Below, in pieces: positions 20,269-29,969 of a DNA stretch of 64,000 nucleotides. How positions within the stretch are numbered: the stretch's first letter is position 1; every line of letters starts with the position of its first letter. The stretch spans positions 10,571 through 74,570 of the forward strand of contig JASHQH010000321.1 in the NCBI GenBank assembly GCA_030037635.1. The letters are read 5' to 3'. The translations under genes and the position numbers were made by a program. The DNA comes from Acidobacteriaceae bacterium (GTDB lineage: Bacteria > Acidobacteriota > Terriglobia > Terriglobales > Acidobacteriaceae). The notes beneath the pieces were generated by a model, which did no database searches, was not told the DNA's origin, and was given only the letters and a program-made list of their open reading frames with translations.

Positions 20269-22080
20269 TTATACCGGATAGCGCTCCAGCGCGATGGCTT
20301 CTCGCGCAATGGCGCGGCTCAATGCTACCGTATCGGCTGGAATGGAGCGTGCCAGCCTGCGCAAAATCGCGAGCTGCGTTTGCAACGCGTCGCCTTCGCC
20401 GCAGCCGGCCAGCACCCGCCGTGTGGCCTGCTCGGCGCCGGCCAGAGTCTCGTCCGCCAGCAATCCCGTCATGGCTGCGGCCACTGCCGCCGAGTTTCGC
20501 CCCGCCAGCGCGAGCTTGCGCGCGCGCAGCAGCGCCGACTCCAGCGCGTAGATGTGGCCGATCAGATCGGCAAGGTCGGCCATAATCTCCTGCTGCTCTT
20601 CGAGGCCCGTCACAAAGCGCTGGCTGGCTACGCCTGCTGCGAACAACGCCATCTTCTTCACCGCCGCCAGGGCCGCGGCCTCGCGCCCCAAAGGTTCGCC
20701 CGCGCCCCCCGCGCCATCGAACTGCGGTGGCTCCGTCACTTCATCCATCACGCGCTTGATCGCGGCCAGCAGCGGCAGCTTGCCGCTCATGGCGCGCTTC
20801 ATTATCCAGCCCGTGATGATCAGGCGGTTGATTTCGTTGGTGCCCTCGAAGATCCGGTTGATGCGCGCATCGCGGAAGCAGCGTTCCGCCGGATACTCCT
20901 CCACGTACCCCACCCCGCCCATGGTCGCGATCAGCTCGTCGGCCACCAGGGTGAGCATCTCTGAGCCATACACCTTCAGGATCGAGCACTCCACCGCGTA
21001 TTCCTCAATGCTGCGCGGGACATCAATGTGCTGCGCCGCATCGCCGTCACGCGCCGCGTTGAGCGCAGCCAGCCTGGCGTCGATCAGGCCCGCCGTCCGG
21101 TAGGTCATACTTTCGGCGGCGTAAAGCTGCGCTGCTGCCGCGGAAATCTTCCGCTGGATCAGCCCAAACTCCGCAATGGCCTTGCCAAAAGCGCGCCGCT
21201 CCTTGGCGTAGCGAATCATTTCCGCCAGTGCGTGCCGTGCTCCGCCCACGCAGGCCGCGCCCAGCTTGAAGCGGCCCACATTCAGCACGTTGAACGCAAT
21301 GTGGTGACCCTTGCCGGCTTCGCCAAGCAGATTTTCCTTCGGGATCTTGCAATCCTGCAATACCAGCGGGCACGTCGACGACCCGCGAATTCCCAGCTTG
21401 TGCTCTTCGCTGCCCACGCTCAAGCCCGGCGTGCCGCGCTCCACAAGGAAGGCCGTGAACTTCTCGCCGTCAATCTTCGCGAACACCGTATACAGCCCCG
21501 CAGTGCCGCCATTCGTAATCCAGTGTTTTTCGCCGTTCAGAATGTAGTGCGCTCCATCGTCTGAAAGCGCGGCGCGCGTGCGGATATTCATGGCGTCCGA
21601 TCCGGAGCTGGCTTCCGACAATCCGTACGCGCCGATCCACTCGCAGGTCGCCAGCCGCGGCAGGTAGCGCCGTTTCTGCTCCTTCGTGCCGTACCAGACC
21701 AGGGGCAGCGTGGCGATGCCCACGTGCGCACCGTATGCGGTCGAAAAACTGGCCAAAGCTGAAATGTGATCGGAGATCACCGTGGAGCTCACTTTGTCCA
21801 GGCCCAGGCCGCCATACTCTTCCGGAATGTCGGCCGCGGTGAAGCCCAGCTCGGCGGCCTTGCGCAATAATGCCTCCATCGCGCCCGCCTGCTTGGCCTC
21901 GATGGCTGCCGCGCGCGGCAGAATCTCCTCGCGCGCAAATCGCTCCGCGGTGGCCACAATCTGCTGCTGCTCTTCGCTCAGGTCCTCGGGGGTAAACACT
22001 TCGTCCGGCCTGCGCGATTCGAGCAGGAAGCTGCCGCCCCCGGCGGCAGCAATGGGCGATGCGTCAACGGAGATCGGCAC
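20269..22080 (-). CDS. Long-form acyl-CoA dehydrogenase
   Basis: YGLSEASSGSDA, ITNGG, EYPAERCFRDARINRIFEGTNEI motifs; GTG start preceded by AGGAGG. Confidence 0.9.
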   Translation of the reverse strand: MPISVDASPIAAAGGGSFLLESRRPDEVFTPEDLSEEQQQIVATAERFAREEILPRAAAIEAKQAGAMEALLRKAAELGFTAADIPEEYGGLGLDKVSSTVISDHISALASFSTAYGAHVGIATLPLVWYGTKEQKRRYLPRLATCEWIGAYGLSEASSGSDAMNIRTRAALSDDGAHYILNGEKHWITNGGTAGLYTVFAKIDGEKFTAFLVERGTPGLSVGSEEHKLGIRGSSTCPLVLQDCKIPKENLLGEAGKGHHIAFNVLNVGRFKLGAACVGGARHALAEMIRYAKERRAFGKAIAEFGLIQRKISAAAAQLYAAESMTYRTAGLIDARLAALNAARDGDAAQHIDVPRSIEEYAVECSILKVYGSEMLTLVADELIATMGGVGYVEEYPAERCFRDARINRIFEGTNEINRLIITGWIMKRAMSGKLPLLAAIKRVMDEVTEPPQFDGAGGAGEPLGREAAALAAVKKMALFAAGVASQRFVTGLEEQQEIMADLADLIGHIYALESALLRARKLALAGRNSAAVAAAMTGLLADETLAGAEQATRRVLAGCGEGDALQTQLAILRRLARSIPADTVALSRAIAREAIALERYPV

Positions 22081-22197
22081 ACAAACCTCCTGCCAGGTTG
22101 GATGCTGTTGCCAACCTTACGGCATTGCCTCGAATCTCCGCAAGAACGGCGCCACAGAAGAGAGCGCCCTCCTGGCACGGCCATCGCTGCCGGCGCG

Positions 22198-22677
22198 CTA
22201 CCGCGTCGCCTCAAACAGGAACCACGCGCGCCGTTCGGCTTCGTCGATCCACACCTCGATCAGGCTGGTGGTCGCGTAGTCGCCGCAGCGCGAAGTGACC
22301 TCGTGCGCTGAGCGCAGGCTGTGCGCCAGGGCCTGATTGTCGGCCTGCAGCTCTTCCAGCATGCCGTGTGCGGGCACGAACTCCAGGTCGTTATCGGCAA
22401 TGCGCTGCAGCCGCGCGATGTGCCCGATAGACCGGATGGTCACGCCCCCGACCTTGCGCACCCGCTCCGCAATATCGTCAGTGACCTTGAAGATCTGATC
22501 GGCTTGCTCGTCGAGCAGCAGATGATAATCGCGAAAATGCGCACCGCTCATGTGCCAGTGGAAGTTCTTGGTCTTTAAATAGAGAGCGAAGTAATCGGCC
22601 AGCAGCGCATTCAGCACGCTCGAAAGGTTCTTCACCTGCTCGGGATTGAAGTCGTCCCGGTTTTCGGTCTTGGCCAT
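22198..22677 (-). CDS. dps: Dps-family DNA protection/ferritin-like protein
   Basis: LNALLADYFALYLKTKNFHWHMSGAHFRDYHLLLDEQ ferroxidase motif; start at MAKTEN (GGGAG SD) rather than 22731. Confidence 0.9.
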   Translation of the reverse strand: MAKTENRDDFNPEQVKNLSSVLNALLADYFALYLKTKNFHWHMSGAHFRDYHLLLDEQADQIFKVTDDIAERVRKVGGVTIRSIGHIARLQRIADNDLEFVPAHGMLEELQADNQALAHSLRSAHEVTSRCGDYATTSLIEVWIDEAERRAWFLFEATR

Positions 22678-22942
22678 CTTCGACTCCCGGCCCGTTTGGG
22701 TTGCCATTTCCTGACGCGAATGAGTCGCCATTGCAATTCCTCCTTTTGTGCGGACGCAAACGGGTGACCGTCAAGCTGGGGACAGGTTTGCGCCGCATGC
22801 GTCAAGTTGGATGCCCGGACAACAGCCGAGGTTCCGCGCCAAACCGGTGGAAATCGCAAATTGTCGCGATTTTCACCTCCATGCAAAACAGGCGTCGCTC
22901 GCGAAAGACGGCGCCCGCTTGCTCTGGCAGGAGGAGGGTGAA

Positions 22943-23935
22943 TCAGACCCGTACATCCGGGATTGGATGTGCCGCGTAGTGCAACAGCACAGCCACCGCG
23001 CAGCTTGTCAGCCGCGTTTCGGCTGAATCCGCGCGGCTGGTCAGAATGGTCGGCACGCGCGCGCCCAGCACAATCCCGGCCAGTTGCGCCCCGCCCAGGT
23101 ACTCCAGCTGCTTGGCCAGCATGTTCCCGCTCTCCAGGTCCGGAACCACCAGGATGTCGGCCTGCCCCGTAACGGGCGAAACCAGTTTCTTGATGCTGGC
23201 AGCCTTCTGGCTTACCGCCGTGTCGAAGGCCAGCGGCCCGTCGAGAATGCCCCCGGTGATCTGCCCGCGATCCGCCATCTTGCACAACGCCGCCGCATCC
23301 AGCGTCGACTTGATCTTGGGATTCACGGTTTCAACGGCCGAAAGCAGCGCCACCTTGGGTTCGGGAATGCCCAGCGCATGCGCCAGGTCGATGGCGTTCT
23401 GCACGATGTCCACCTTATCTTCCAGCTCGGGGACTATATTGATGGCCGCATCCGTGATGAGCAGAGTGCGCGCATAGGCCGGCGTATCCATGATGAAGAC
23501 GTGGGAAATGCGGCGCGCCGTGCGCAGGCCGCTGTCGCGCTGCATGGCCGGTTTCAGCAGCTCATCGGTGTGCAGGCTGCCCTTCATCAGCGCCTGTGCG
23601 TTCCCGGCGCGGCACATCGCCACCGCCGCTTCCGCGGCCTGGGCCTCGGTTTCGGCCTCCGCGATGGGGAACCTGCTGATGTCCACGCCGAGCCTGGCCG
23701 CGAGAGCCTTCATCTCCGCTCCCGGACCAATCAGAGTGGGCACAATGAGCCCTGCTGCAGCCGCCTCCACAGCGCCTTTCAGCGCCACGTCGGTCATGGG
23801 CCACACCACCGCCGTGGTGATGGCAGGAAAGTCTTTGCACCGCGCAATGAACTTGTGAAACACGTGGTAGTCCGGCGGATGGCCCACAAGCGGGTCAACG
23901 GCTACGGCTTCAGCCAGGGTGGCAAGGTCGTTCAT
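22943..23935 (-). CDS. Phosphate acetyl/butyryl-transferase family (PTA_PTB) protein
   Basis: MKGSLHTDELL, LITDAAINI, VPDLESGNMLAKQL motifs; no adjacent acyl kinase. Confidence 0.83.
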   Translation of the reverse strand: MNDLATLAEAVAVDPLVGHPPDYHVFHKFIARCKDFPAITTAVVWPMTDVALKGAVEAAAAGLIVPTLIGPGAEMKALAARLGVDISRFPIAEAETEAQAAEAAVAMCRAGNAQALMKGSLHTDELLKPAMQRDSGLRTARRISHVFIMDTPAYARTLLITDAAINIVPELEDKVDIVQNAIDLAHALGIPEPKVALLSAVETVNPKIKSTLDAAALCKMADRGQITGGILDGPLAFDTAVSQKAASIKKLVSPVTGQADILVVPDLESGNMLAKQLEYLGGAQLAGIVLGARVPTILTSRADSAETRLTSCAVAVLLHYAAHPIPDVRV

Positions 23936-24284
23936 CGATCGCTCCCGGCCGCCCGGCTTCAGCTGGCGGCCCTCAAAGGTCTATTTTGGCCCGCAGCGGC
24001 CGACAGCCGTGTGTTTTAGGTCACAGTTCGAACCGTCGTCCCCCATTGCGGGATTTGCACCAGATTCCGGCGCATTTCCGGCCCTGCGTGAGCTCCTTTG
24101 CCTGGTTTTTGCGCTTATCAGCATAAGGGTTTGCACCCATAAGCTGGGCAGCGGAGCACGCGTTGACGGTCTAGGAAAATGCGGCCTATACTCGTCTCAA
24201 TCAGGGCTCTTCCCCCCAGCCATCCATGAGCACGCTAGCACGCGGCGGCATTCCCATGCCGGGTCATTTACAAAGGAGGGTCTT

Positions 24285-25982
24285 GTGAACAGACCTCTCG
24301 GAATCGCCCTAAGTGTCCTACTCCTCTGCGGAGTTTCAGCATCCACCGTCCCAGCCCAGGTTTCACAACTCGGCAATCTCATCAATGGAAAAAAGAAGCA
24401 AGATCCCAACGCACCTGCCGATCTGAGCAACGTCGACAAGGACAAAATCCAGCGCATCGAGCAAATGCCCGAGGTCGCGGACGCCATTCAGCAGGAATGG
24501 GATGAGCTGCGCAGAACCGACATGCAGCTGGCCTACGGCATCAACCTCACCGAAAACATGAGCATGGCCCAGGATGTTCGTGGCGAAGATTCCTTCGATC
24601 GCCAACGCCTCTACAGTAATCCGGTCGCTCAGAGTTACATCAACCACATCGGTCAGCGGCTGGTTCCCAAGAACTCCACCAATGTCTACACCTTCCGTAT
24701 CCTTTACGATCCCATTCCCAAGGCCCTCACCCTGACCACGGGTACGATCTACCTCTCCACCGGCTTGCTTTCCATGATCACCACCGAATCCGAGCTCAGT
24801 TACGTACTCGCGCACGAGATCGCCCACGTCGAATTGCGGCAGGCTTACCTGCGCATTCGCGACAAGCACGTGGCCGAAGAGCTTGCCAAGGAAAAGGCTG
24901 AGAAGGAAAAGATCGTCACCGACGTGGCTACCACCGCGATGGGACTCGGCCTCGGGGGAGCCATGATTCCCTTGCGCCTGGGTGCGGCCATTGGCGGCAG
25001 CGCCGGCCTGGCCACAGGCGTGGAAGTGGGCCACTACTTCATCCATCCGCAAATCGAGCCGGTCCTCTGGGCCAACAAGGAAGAGGACGACGCCGACGAG
25101 ATGGCCTCTCGGCTCGTGCTCGACCAGGGCTACGACCTGCGCGAGGCAATGCATTTGTTTTCCTCGCTCAACGAGATTGTGACCGCCGACTCGCGTATGG
25201 GCCTTGGCTTCATGGGCAGTGCGCCGCGCATCAAGGCGCGGCAGGCCTACCTGCAATCGCAAATCAACGGCCCACTCCACGCCGAGATCGATTCGCGGCT
25301 CAAGGGCAAGGGATTCAACTCCAACAGTCCCGATTTTCTGCCCACTGTTTCCTCAGTCCGGCGCGACAATGGCATCCTGGCCATGGACTACGACTTGTTC
25401 GCCGTGGCCAAGCATAATCTCGACGCCGCCGTGACCGAGCGGCCCGACGACCCGATGGCTCACTTCTACCTGGCCAAACTGGAACGGCTGACTGCGCGCT
25501 CACCCGCTGAGCGACAGGATGCGATTGGGCACCTCACCATGGCTCTCAAGCTGGACTCCGATCGCGGCGCCATCCCGGCCGCACACCTGGAGTACGCCGT
25601 TGCGCTCATGGAACAGGACGATCCGAACAATCAAACCCAGGTTGCCAACGAGTTGAAGGCGTACGTCGCGCTTTCGGAGCGCGATCGCACCGGATTGCCC
25701 TCCAACATGCCGGTCATTTACGACTACCTGACGACATCCGGCGATAACCGCTGGTATCTGCCTCCGCAGTGGTATGGCGCGCAGTTGACCTCCAATCCCG
25801 GCTTCACTACCACCGCACCCGAAGCCGTGATTCGCAAGGCTTCGATCCTGGAAGGGCCGGCCCCACCGCCGGCTCCCGCTCCCGCTCCCGAGGCTGCAAC
25901 GCCACCGGCCAAGAGCAAGGCAAGAACAACCTCGGCGAAGAACCACCCACCTACGCAGTCGAAGGCTGCGAGCTCGAACTAA
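24285..25982 (+). CDS. Secreted M48-family metallopeptidase with TPR-like C-terminal region
   Basis: GTIYLSTGLLSMITTESELSYVLAHEIAHVELRQ (intact HEXXH); GTG 24285 preceded by AAAGGAGGG; signal peptide. Confidence 0.85.
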   Translation: MNRPLGIALSVLLLCGVSASTVPAQVSQLGNLINGKKKQDPNAPADLSNVDKDKIQRIEQMPEVADAIQQEWDELRRTDMQLAYGINLTENMSMAQDVRGEDSFDRQRLYSNPVAQSYINHIGQRLVPKNSTNVYTFRILYDPIPKALTLTTGTIYLSTGLLSMITTESELSYVLAHEIAHVELRQAYLRIRDKHVAEELAKEKAEKEKIVTDVATTAMGLGLGGAMIPLRLGAAIGGSAGLATGVEVGHYFIHPQIEPVLWANKEEDDADEMASRLVLDQGYDLREAMHLFSSLNEIVTADSRMGLGFMGSAPRIKARQAYLQSQINGPLHAEIDSRLKGKGFNSNSPDFLPTVSSVRRDNGILAMDYDLFAVAKHNLDAAVTERPDDPMAHFYLAKLERLTARSPAERQDAIGHLTMALKLDSDRGAIPAAHLEYAVALMEQDDPNNQTQVANELKAYVALSERDRTGLPSNMPVIYDYLTTSGDNRWYLPPQWYGAQLTSNPGFTTTAPEAVIRKASILEGPAPPPAPAPAPEAATPPAKSKARTTSAKNHPPTQSKAASSN

Positions 25983-25990
25983 CTCCTCTT

Positions 25991-26195
25991 TGCCCCATCC
26001 TTTCCGCGGCTGCGGAATCCCCCGAACCCGGGGTCCCCGGCGAGCGCTCTCTGCTCGCTGGGGTGGAGGGACAGGTCTTCGTTCGTGGGGTGGCTTCATC
26101 GCGGAAAGGGCGGGGTCCACTGACCCTCCCTCGCTCGCTGTCTTCTGTTCCCTGTTCCCTGTGTCTAACTCCGCTAACACCGCTGCCCTCCTGCG
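25991..26195 (+). repeat. Composite nested repeat (A arms, internal B module, CCCT array, 9-mer D module)
   Basis: CCCCATCCTTTCCGCG (25993-26008) pairs with CGCGGAAAGGGCGGGG (26100-26115); B core 26028-26076; CTGTCTTCTGTTCCCTGTTCCCTG 26138-26165; AACTCCGCTAACACCGCT 26167-26184. Confidence 0.8.
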
Positions 26196-26210
26196 TTACC
26201 CTGATCACTG

Positions 26211-28301
26211 ATGGGCCAGATCCGCATCCTCTCCGATCAGGTCGCCAACCAGATCGCCGCGGGCGAGGTGGTCGACCGGCCCGCCTCCGTTGTCAAAGAG
26301 CTGCTGGAGAACGCCCTCGACGCCGGAGCCACGCGTATTTGCGTCGAAGTGGAGGGCGGCGGACGCAAGTTGATCCGCGTCACCGACGACGGCCAGGGCA
26401 TGAATCGCGACGATGCTCTGTTGGCGTTCGAGCGCCACGCAACTTCCAAGCTGCGCACGGTCGACGATCTGCTCTCCATTGCCACTCTGGGATTTCGCGG
26501 CGAAGCACTGCCCTCCATCGCCTCGGTCGCCCGCGTCACGCTTGAAACGGCCGCAGCCGGTGAACCCACGGGCACGCGCATCGAGATCGCCGGCGGCAAA
26601 ATCCTGCGCGTTGACGACGTAGCCCTGCCGCGCGGGACCACCCTGGCTGTCGCCGATCTCTTCTTCAACACGCCGGCCCGGCGCAAATTCCTCCGCGCGG
26701 AATCTACCGAATTGGCGCACGTCACCGCGCTGGTTACGCACTACGCGCTGGCCCATCCCGGCAAGCACTTCGAACTTACTTCCGCCAGCCACACCATCGT
26801 CTCCGCGCCGCCCGTCACCCGCACCGCCGAGCGCATCTACCAGATCTTCGGCAAAGAGACGCTCGCGGCGCTTTTGCCCGTGGCCGCAGAAACACCCTTT
26901 GCGCGCGCTGGCCTGCCCGAACCTCCTCCGTGGAGAAAAAATCCTGACGACAAGCCGCGCAACCTCGGCACCCTGCGCGTCACCGGTTTCTACTCCAAGC
27001 CGGAACTGCAAAAACTGAATCGCAACTCCATCTACATCTTCGTCAACCACCGCCTCATCCGCGACCGCCTGCTGCTGCACGCCATCACCGAGGCCTATCG
27101 CAACGTGATTCCGCCCACCAGTTTCCCGGTGGTGCTTTTGTTTCTCGAAATGCCGCCCGAAGAAGTCGACGTGAACGTGCATCCTGCCAAAACCGAGGTT
27201 CGCTTTCGCCAGCAGAGCCTGGTGCACGACTTTGTTCGCGACAGCCTGCGCACTGCGCTCATCCAGGCGCGCCCCGCCGCAGGGTTTCTCGCCGCGCTCG
27301 ACTCCCAGCCTTCGGCCAGCCCCTCGCTCATGCCTCCCGCCCCGTCGCCCGTCCCGGGGCCCCCTGACGGCTCCGCTCCACTCGCGCCGCCTGACTCGGA
27401 TCCTGAAGCCTTTCCCACCGCTGTCGCCGATGCCGAACCGTTCCACCTCACTCCAAGGGCGCCGCTCCCCGTCTCCGGTCAATTGCCCTTTGACGGGCGA
27501 AGCCGCGCCGACGGCGGCCAGCCTTTCGACCCGCAATCCTTTGATCGCCAGGCGTGGGGCGAAGCCGCAAAGGCTCTCTTCACTCCCTTCATCGCGCCCG
27601 ATGCCGCCGCATGCACTTCCAGCCCAAACGCTGCAAGCGCTCCCGCGCGCGATGCCGCCGTGGCCACTGCTCTCGTTGAAGCCGAGCAGGAAGCAGCCAG
27701 CCTCGACCGGCTCGGCTCGCTCAAACCCATCGGCCAGCTGCGCGAGTCGTTCATTCTCGCCGCCGGCGAGGACGGCTTGTGGATCATCGATCAGCACGTT
27801 GCACACGAACGAGTGCTTTTTGAGAAGATCCTGCGCGACCGTCAGGTGGAGCATGTGCAGCGCCAGCGCCTGCTCATGCCGCTGCTCGTGGAATTGAAGC
27901 CCGAGCAAATGGTCGTCTTTGCCCGCATCGCCGACGAGCTGGAATACAACGGTTTCGACGTAGAACCCTTTGGCCCACAGACACTTGCCGTCAAAGCCGC
28001 CCCTGTTGGCCTGGAAGGCGCCGAGCTCGAGCGTACCTTGGCCGAAGTCATTGAGCAGTCATCGGCAGATTCCGATGAACCCCTTCGCAATGAAGAACTT
28101 ACCCGGCTCCGTGCCCGCATCGCGGCCTCCATCGCCTGCCATTCCGCCATCAAAGTGAATACCCCTCTTGATCTAAACCGTATAGAATGGTTATTGTTAG
28201 AACTTGGGAAGACCAGCCACCCAACCAGTTGCCCGCATGGACGTCCGATAGCTTTGCTGTACACATGGAAAGAGATCCAGCGGGCCTTCCACCGAATTTA
28301 G
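26211..28301 (+). CDS. mutL: DNA mismatch repair protein MutL
   Basis: N-terminal GHKL ATPase (IAAGEVVDRPASVVKELLENALDAG, DDGQGM, GFRGEAL), Pro-rich linker, C-terminal dimerisation domain. Confidence 0.95.
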   Translation: MGQIRILSDQVANQIAAGEVVDRPASVVKELLENALDAGATRICVEVEGGGRKLIRVTDDGQGMNRDDALLAFERHATSKLRTVDDLLSIATLGFRGEALPSIASVARVTLETAAAGEPTGTRIEIAGGKILRVDDVALPRGTTLAVADLFFNTPARRKFLRAESTELAHVTALVTHYALAHPGKHFELTSASHTIVSAPPVTRTAERIYQIFGKETLAALLPVAAETPFARAGLPEPPPWRKNPDDKPRNLGTLRVTGFYSKPELQKLNRNSIYIFVNHRLIRDRLLLHAITEAYRNVIPPTSFPVVLLFLEMPPEEVDVNVHPAKTEVRFRQQSLVHDFVRDSLRTALIQARPAAGFLAALDSQPSASPSLMPPAPSPVPGPPDGSAPLAPPDSDPEAFPTAVADAEPFHLTPRAPLPVSGQLPFDGRSRADGGQPFDPQSFDRQAWGEAAKALFTPFIAPDAAACTSSPNAASAPARDAAVATALVEAEQEAASLDRLGSLKPIGQLRESFILAAGEDGLWIIDQHVAHERVLFEKILRDRQVEHVQRQRLLMPLLVELKPEQMVVFARIADELEYNGFDVEPFGPQTLAVKAAPVGLEGAELERTLAEVIEQSSADSDEPLRNEELTRLRARIAASIACHSAIKVNTPLDLNRIEWLLLELGKTSHPTSCPHGRPIALLYTWKEIQRAFHRI

Positions 28302-28382
28302 TAGCGATTGGAAGGTGGCCGCCGCGCTCTCAGGAGCGCGGGTTGCAGGCCGTGACAGCCTACCTGGAAGCGAGGTTTCTCT

Positions 28383-29969
28383 TTGACAGGCGAACAGTTG
28401 GAAGCATCGCGCGCCGAAAGGATGCGCCAGAACGGACTTGGGGCATTAACCTTCGAAGATGCCCGTACCTGGCTGGAGGAGACAGGACTGTGTCTTTTCC
28501 TTCCGCGCAAGCAGTTCCCCTCTTTTATCGCACCCACCTTTGTTGAAGCCGTCGCCGGAGCGCATAACAACAATCCTGGCGCTAGGCTCGTCGCCCAGGC
28601 GGAGGATTTGCTGGTTCGACTCGAAGCCGCCGGGGTAGCGGTTCGCCTCAACCTGCAGGGAACACCAGGCGACCAGCCCGACTTCGTCGTGGCGGGATGG
28701 GTTTTACCCTACGTGTACGCGCTGCGTGGCGATCGCGATTGGCGCCGCAATCCGCAGCTCACCGGCTCGCGCGCTGTCTCCCCGCTGGCCATTCAGGCCT
28801 ACAAGCACCTGGAGCAAGGCGACGCCACCGTCTCGCAGTTGCGGCACTCGCTTGGCCGCGAGGTTTCAGAGTCCGCCGTGCTGCGCGCCATCACCGAGCT
28901 TTGGCAGCAGCTCCGCATCATCCCCGTCATCTCCGCGCCCGGCAAGGCGGCGCAATGGCAATTGTTGCGGGTGCGCTTCCAGAAAGCCATCGCCGAAGGC
29001 GCCTCCACCTCCCAGGTCACAGCCATCTCGGTCCTCGCCTCCATTTACCTGCAGGCGGTCATCGCCGCCAGCATGGAGGAAGTGGAGCTGTTCCTGGCTC
29101 CGCTCACCGCGCGCAGCAAGGTGCGCGAAGTGCTGCGCGGCCTGGTGGCCACTCGCCAGGTTCACACCATCACTCTGGGTCACGCTCCGCACTATTATGT
29201 CGCCGGCACGCTGCCCGAGTTCACCGCGCCTCCTACCGTCTACGCCAGTTCCGCCATGCCTGCTTCCAAGCAGTTCCTGCGCCCTTGGGAGCATGAGGAA
29301 GAGACGCACGCGCCTTCGAGAAGCCTGTTGTCTCCGCCTGCAAATGGATCGAACGCCGCGCCGCCGCGCACTCCGGCTCCGGCCGCCCCGGCTTCCACAC
29401 TCGCTCCTGCGCCCCAGGCTCCGGCTGTTGAAGCCCGGCCGCACTTCAGCCGCCCGCCGGCACGTCCGCGCAGCCGCAAGCCCTCGCCAAGCCCAGCAGG
29501 CAATCGCCCTGCCCGCCGCACCGTCCGCGGTACGGCTCTCCGCAGCAACGGCTCGGCACGGCATAAACCGCAGGCGCGCTGGACGCAGAGATCCGACAAG
29601 CATGGAAGCCGGCACCCGGGAAAGAACTCCAGCGTCGGCCGCTATCAAGGCAATGGCAACGCTCGCACCAGCAGCGCGGGGAGCCTGCGCAAAACCAAGC
29701 CCTCCGCGGCTCGAAGCCTGCATAACGGCCACGCCGGCAACGGCAAAGCCGCGCCAAAATCCGCGTCCCGGTCCGTAAGCCGGCACAACGGAGCCTCGCG
29801 CAACGGTGTGCGTTCCGACGCGCGCCAATCGCGCAAGCCGGCGCTCACTGCATCAGCCAAGGCCGGGGCCCCCGCGAATCGGTCTTTGTCCGCGGGGTGG
29901 AAGGCAAGTAACCGCACCCGCTACGGATTCACCGCTCCGCGCGGGCCGCGCTCGAAGAAACGCGGATGA
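28383..29969 (+). CDS. Hypothetical protein: folded N-terminal region (~300 aa) plus ~230-aa highly basic low-complexity tail
   Basis: TTG start (Met 28422 possible); tail rich in R/K/S/P/N; stop overlaps cmk start (ATGA). Confidence 0.6.
   Translation: MTGEQLEASRAERMRQNGLGALTFEDARTWLEETGLCLFLPRKQFPSFIAPTFVEAVAGAHNNNPGARLVAQAEDLLVRLEAAGVAVRLNLQGTPGDQPDFVVAGWVLPYVYALRGDRDWRRNPQLTGSRAVSPLAIQAYKHLEQGDATVSQLRHSLGREVSESAVLRAITELWQQLRIIPVISAPGKAAQWQLLRVRFQKAIAEGASTSQVTAISVLASIYLQAVIAASMEEVELFLAPLTARSKVREVLRGLVATRQVHTITLGHAPHYYVAGTLPEFTAPPTVYASSAMPASKQFLRPWEHEEETHAPSRSLLSPPANGSNAAPPRTPAPAAPASTLAPAPQAPAVEARPHFSRPPARPRSRKPSPSPAGNRPARRTVRGTALRSNGSARHKPQARWTQRSDKHGSRHPGKNSSVGRYQGNGNARTSSAGSLRKTKPSAARSLHNGHAGNGKAAPKSASRSVSRHNGASRNGVRSDARQSRKPALTASAKAGAPANRSLSAGWKASNRTRYGFTAPRGPRSKKRG

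Noticed and set aside
26205-27908. 567-aa - strand ORF opposite mutL. Similar long antisense or alternate-frame ORFs occur at 3181..3861, 3964..5091, 7825..8694, 12971..13840, 23084..24019, 24363..25280, 33923..35080, 45090..45953, 47719..48807, 48883..49986 and 60885..61859.
   Set aside because: Each overlaps a gene with clear family motifs on the other strand or frame. The compositions are Arg/Gly/Ala/Pro-biased and nonsense-like.
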